The notes under the pieces are model-generated. The model was not told the DNA's origin. It saw only the letters and a list, made by a program, of their open reading frames with translations, and made no database searches. Shown here in pieces: positions 63,690 to 64,000 of a stretch of DNA of 64,000 bases (positions within the stretch are counted from its first letter, which is position 1; every line of letters begins with the position of its first letter). Position numbers and translations under genes: made by a program. Source of the DNA: Felis catus (Eukaryota); the NCBI RefSeq assembly GCF_018350175.1, contig NC_058368.1, positions 221,962,001 through 222,026,000 of the forward strand. Direction: 5' to 3'.

Positions 63690-64000
63690 CCCAAAGTTCA
63701 CCCTAGCCTCACCCTCTTAGCTGTTTGCTTGCATAGAATTCTGGAATTGCACCTTGGCAAACTCTTTCACCTTCTTTAAAGCTTTGCTTAAATGTCATTT
63801 CTAAATTTGGTCAATCTTAGCCATCATGTTTCATACTGCCACCAACCCCCCATCATCTCATTCATACATTTCTAATCTCCTATGATGTACATTTTCTCTT
63901 TCCATACCACGTATCATGTTCTGGTACACCAAATATTCACTTACTTATCATTTTAATTATTATTTGCATATTTGCCTGTATAGGTCAGCTTTATGAAAAT
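63690..64000 (+). mobile_element. L2 3' fragment
   Basis: tctggaattgcaccttggcaaactctttcaccttctttaaagctttgcttaaatgtcatttc..tttattttctccatagcact-like end. Confidence 0.6.

Noticed and set aside
1..64000. SINE strand skew (about 26 minus vs 14 plus) as evidence for a plus-strand host gene
   Set aside because: The skew is modest for this sample size, and several LTR and L1 elements are on the plus strand.
1..64000. CRISPR-like arrays, prokaryotic or organellar (numt) inserts
   Set aside because: No regularly spaced repeat-spacer array, no operon-like ORFs and no mitochondrial-like sequence seen.

Overview
AT-rich mammalian genomic DNA, almost certainly from a felid. It carries about 40 tRNA-derived CanSINEs, four of them near-consensus feline-type copies. 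No protein-coding gene, RNA gene, CpG island or CRISPR-like array is supported, and the supplied ORFs are mostly SINE, L1 or microsatellite read-throughs. The window looks like intergenic or deep intronic sequence built from layered transposon fossils. The most informative are: (1) a decayed hAT (Tip100/THAP12-like) transposase at ~190-1490 (-), whose frame rejoins exactly once a nested SINE pair is removed; (2) a ~5.9 kb ancient ERV-L/class III internal region at ~18960-24820 (+), with RT, RNase H and integrase motifs in order and many younger insertions; (3) a MaLR remnant with LTR and tRNA-Leu PBS at ~2640-4690 (-); (4) a TA-flanked Tigger-type MITE, MER53, MLT1 LTRs and L1, L2 and MIR fragments. 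A few repeat-poor, motif-rich blocks are candidate enhancers. I found no convincing novel biological system. Family names come from recalled consensus motifs, not database searches.
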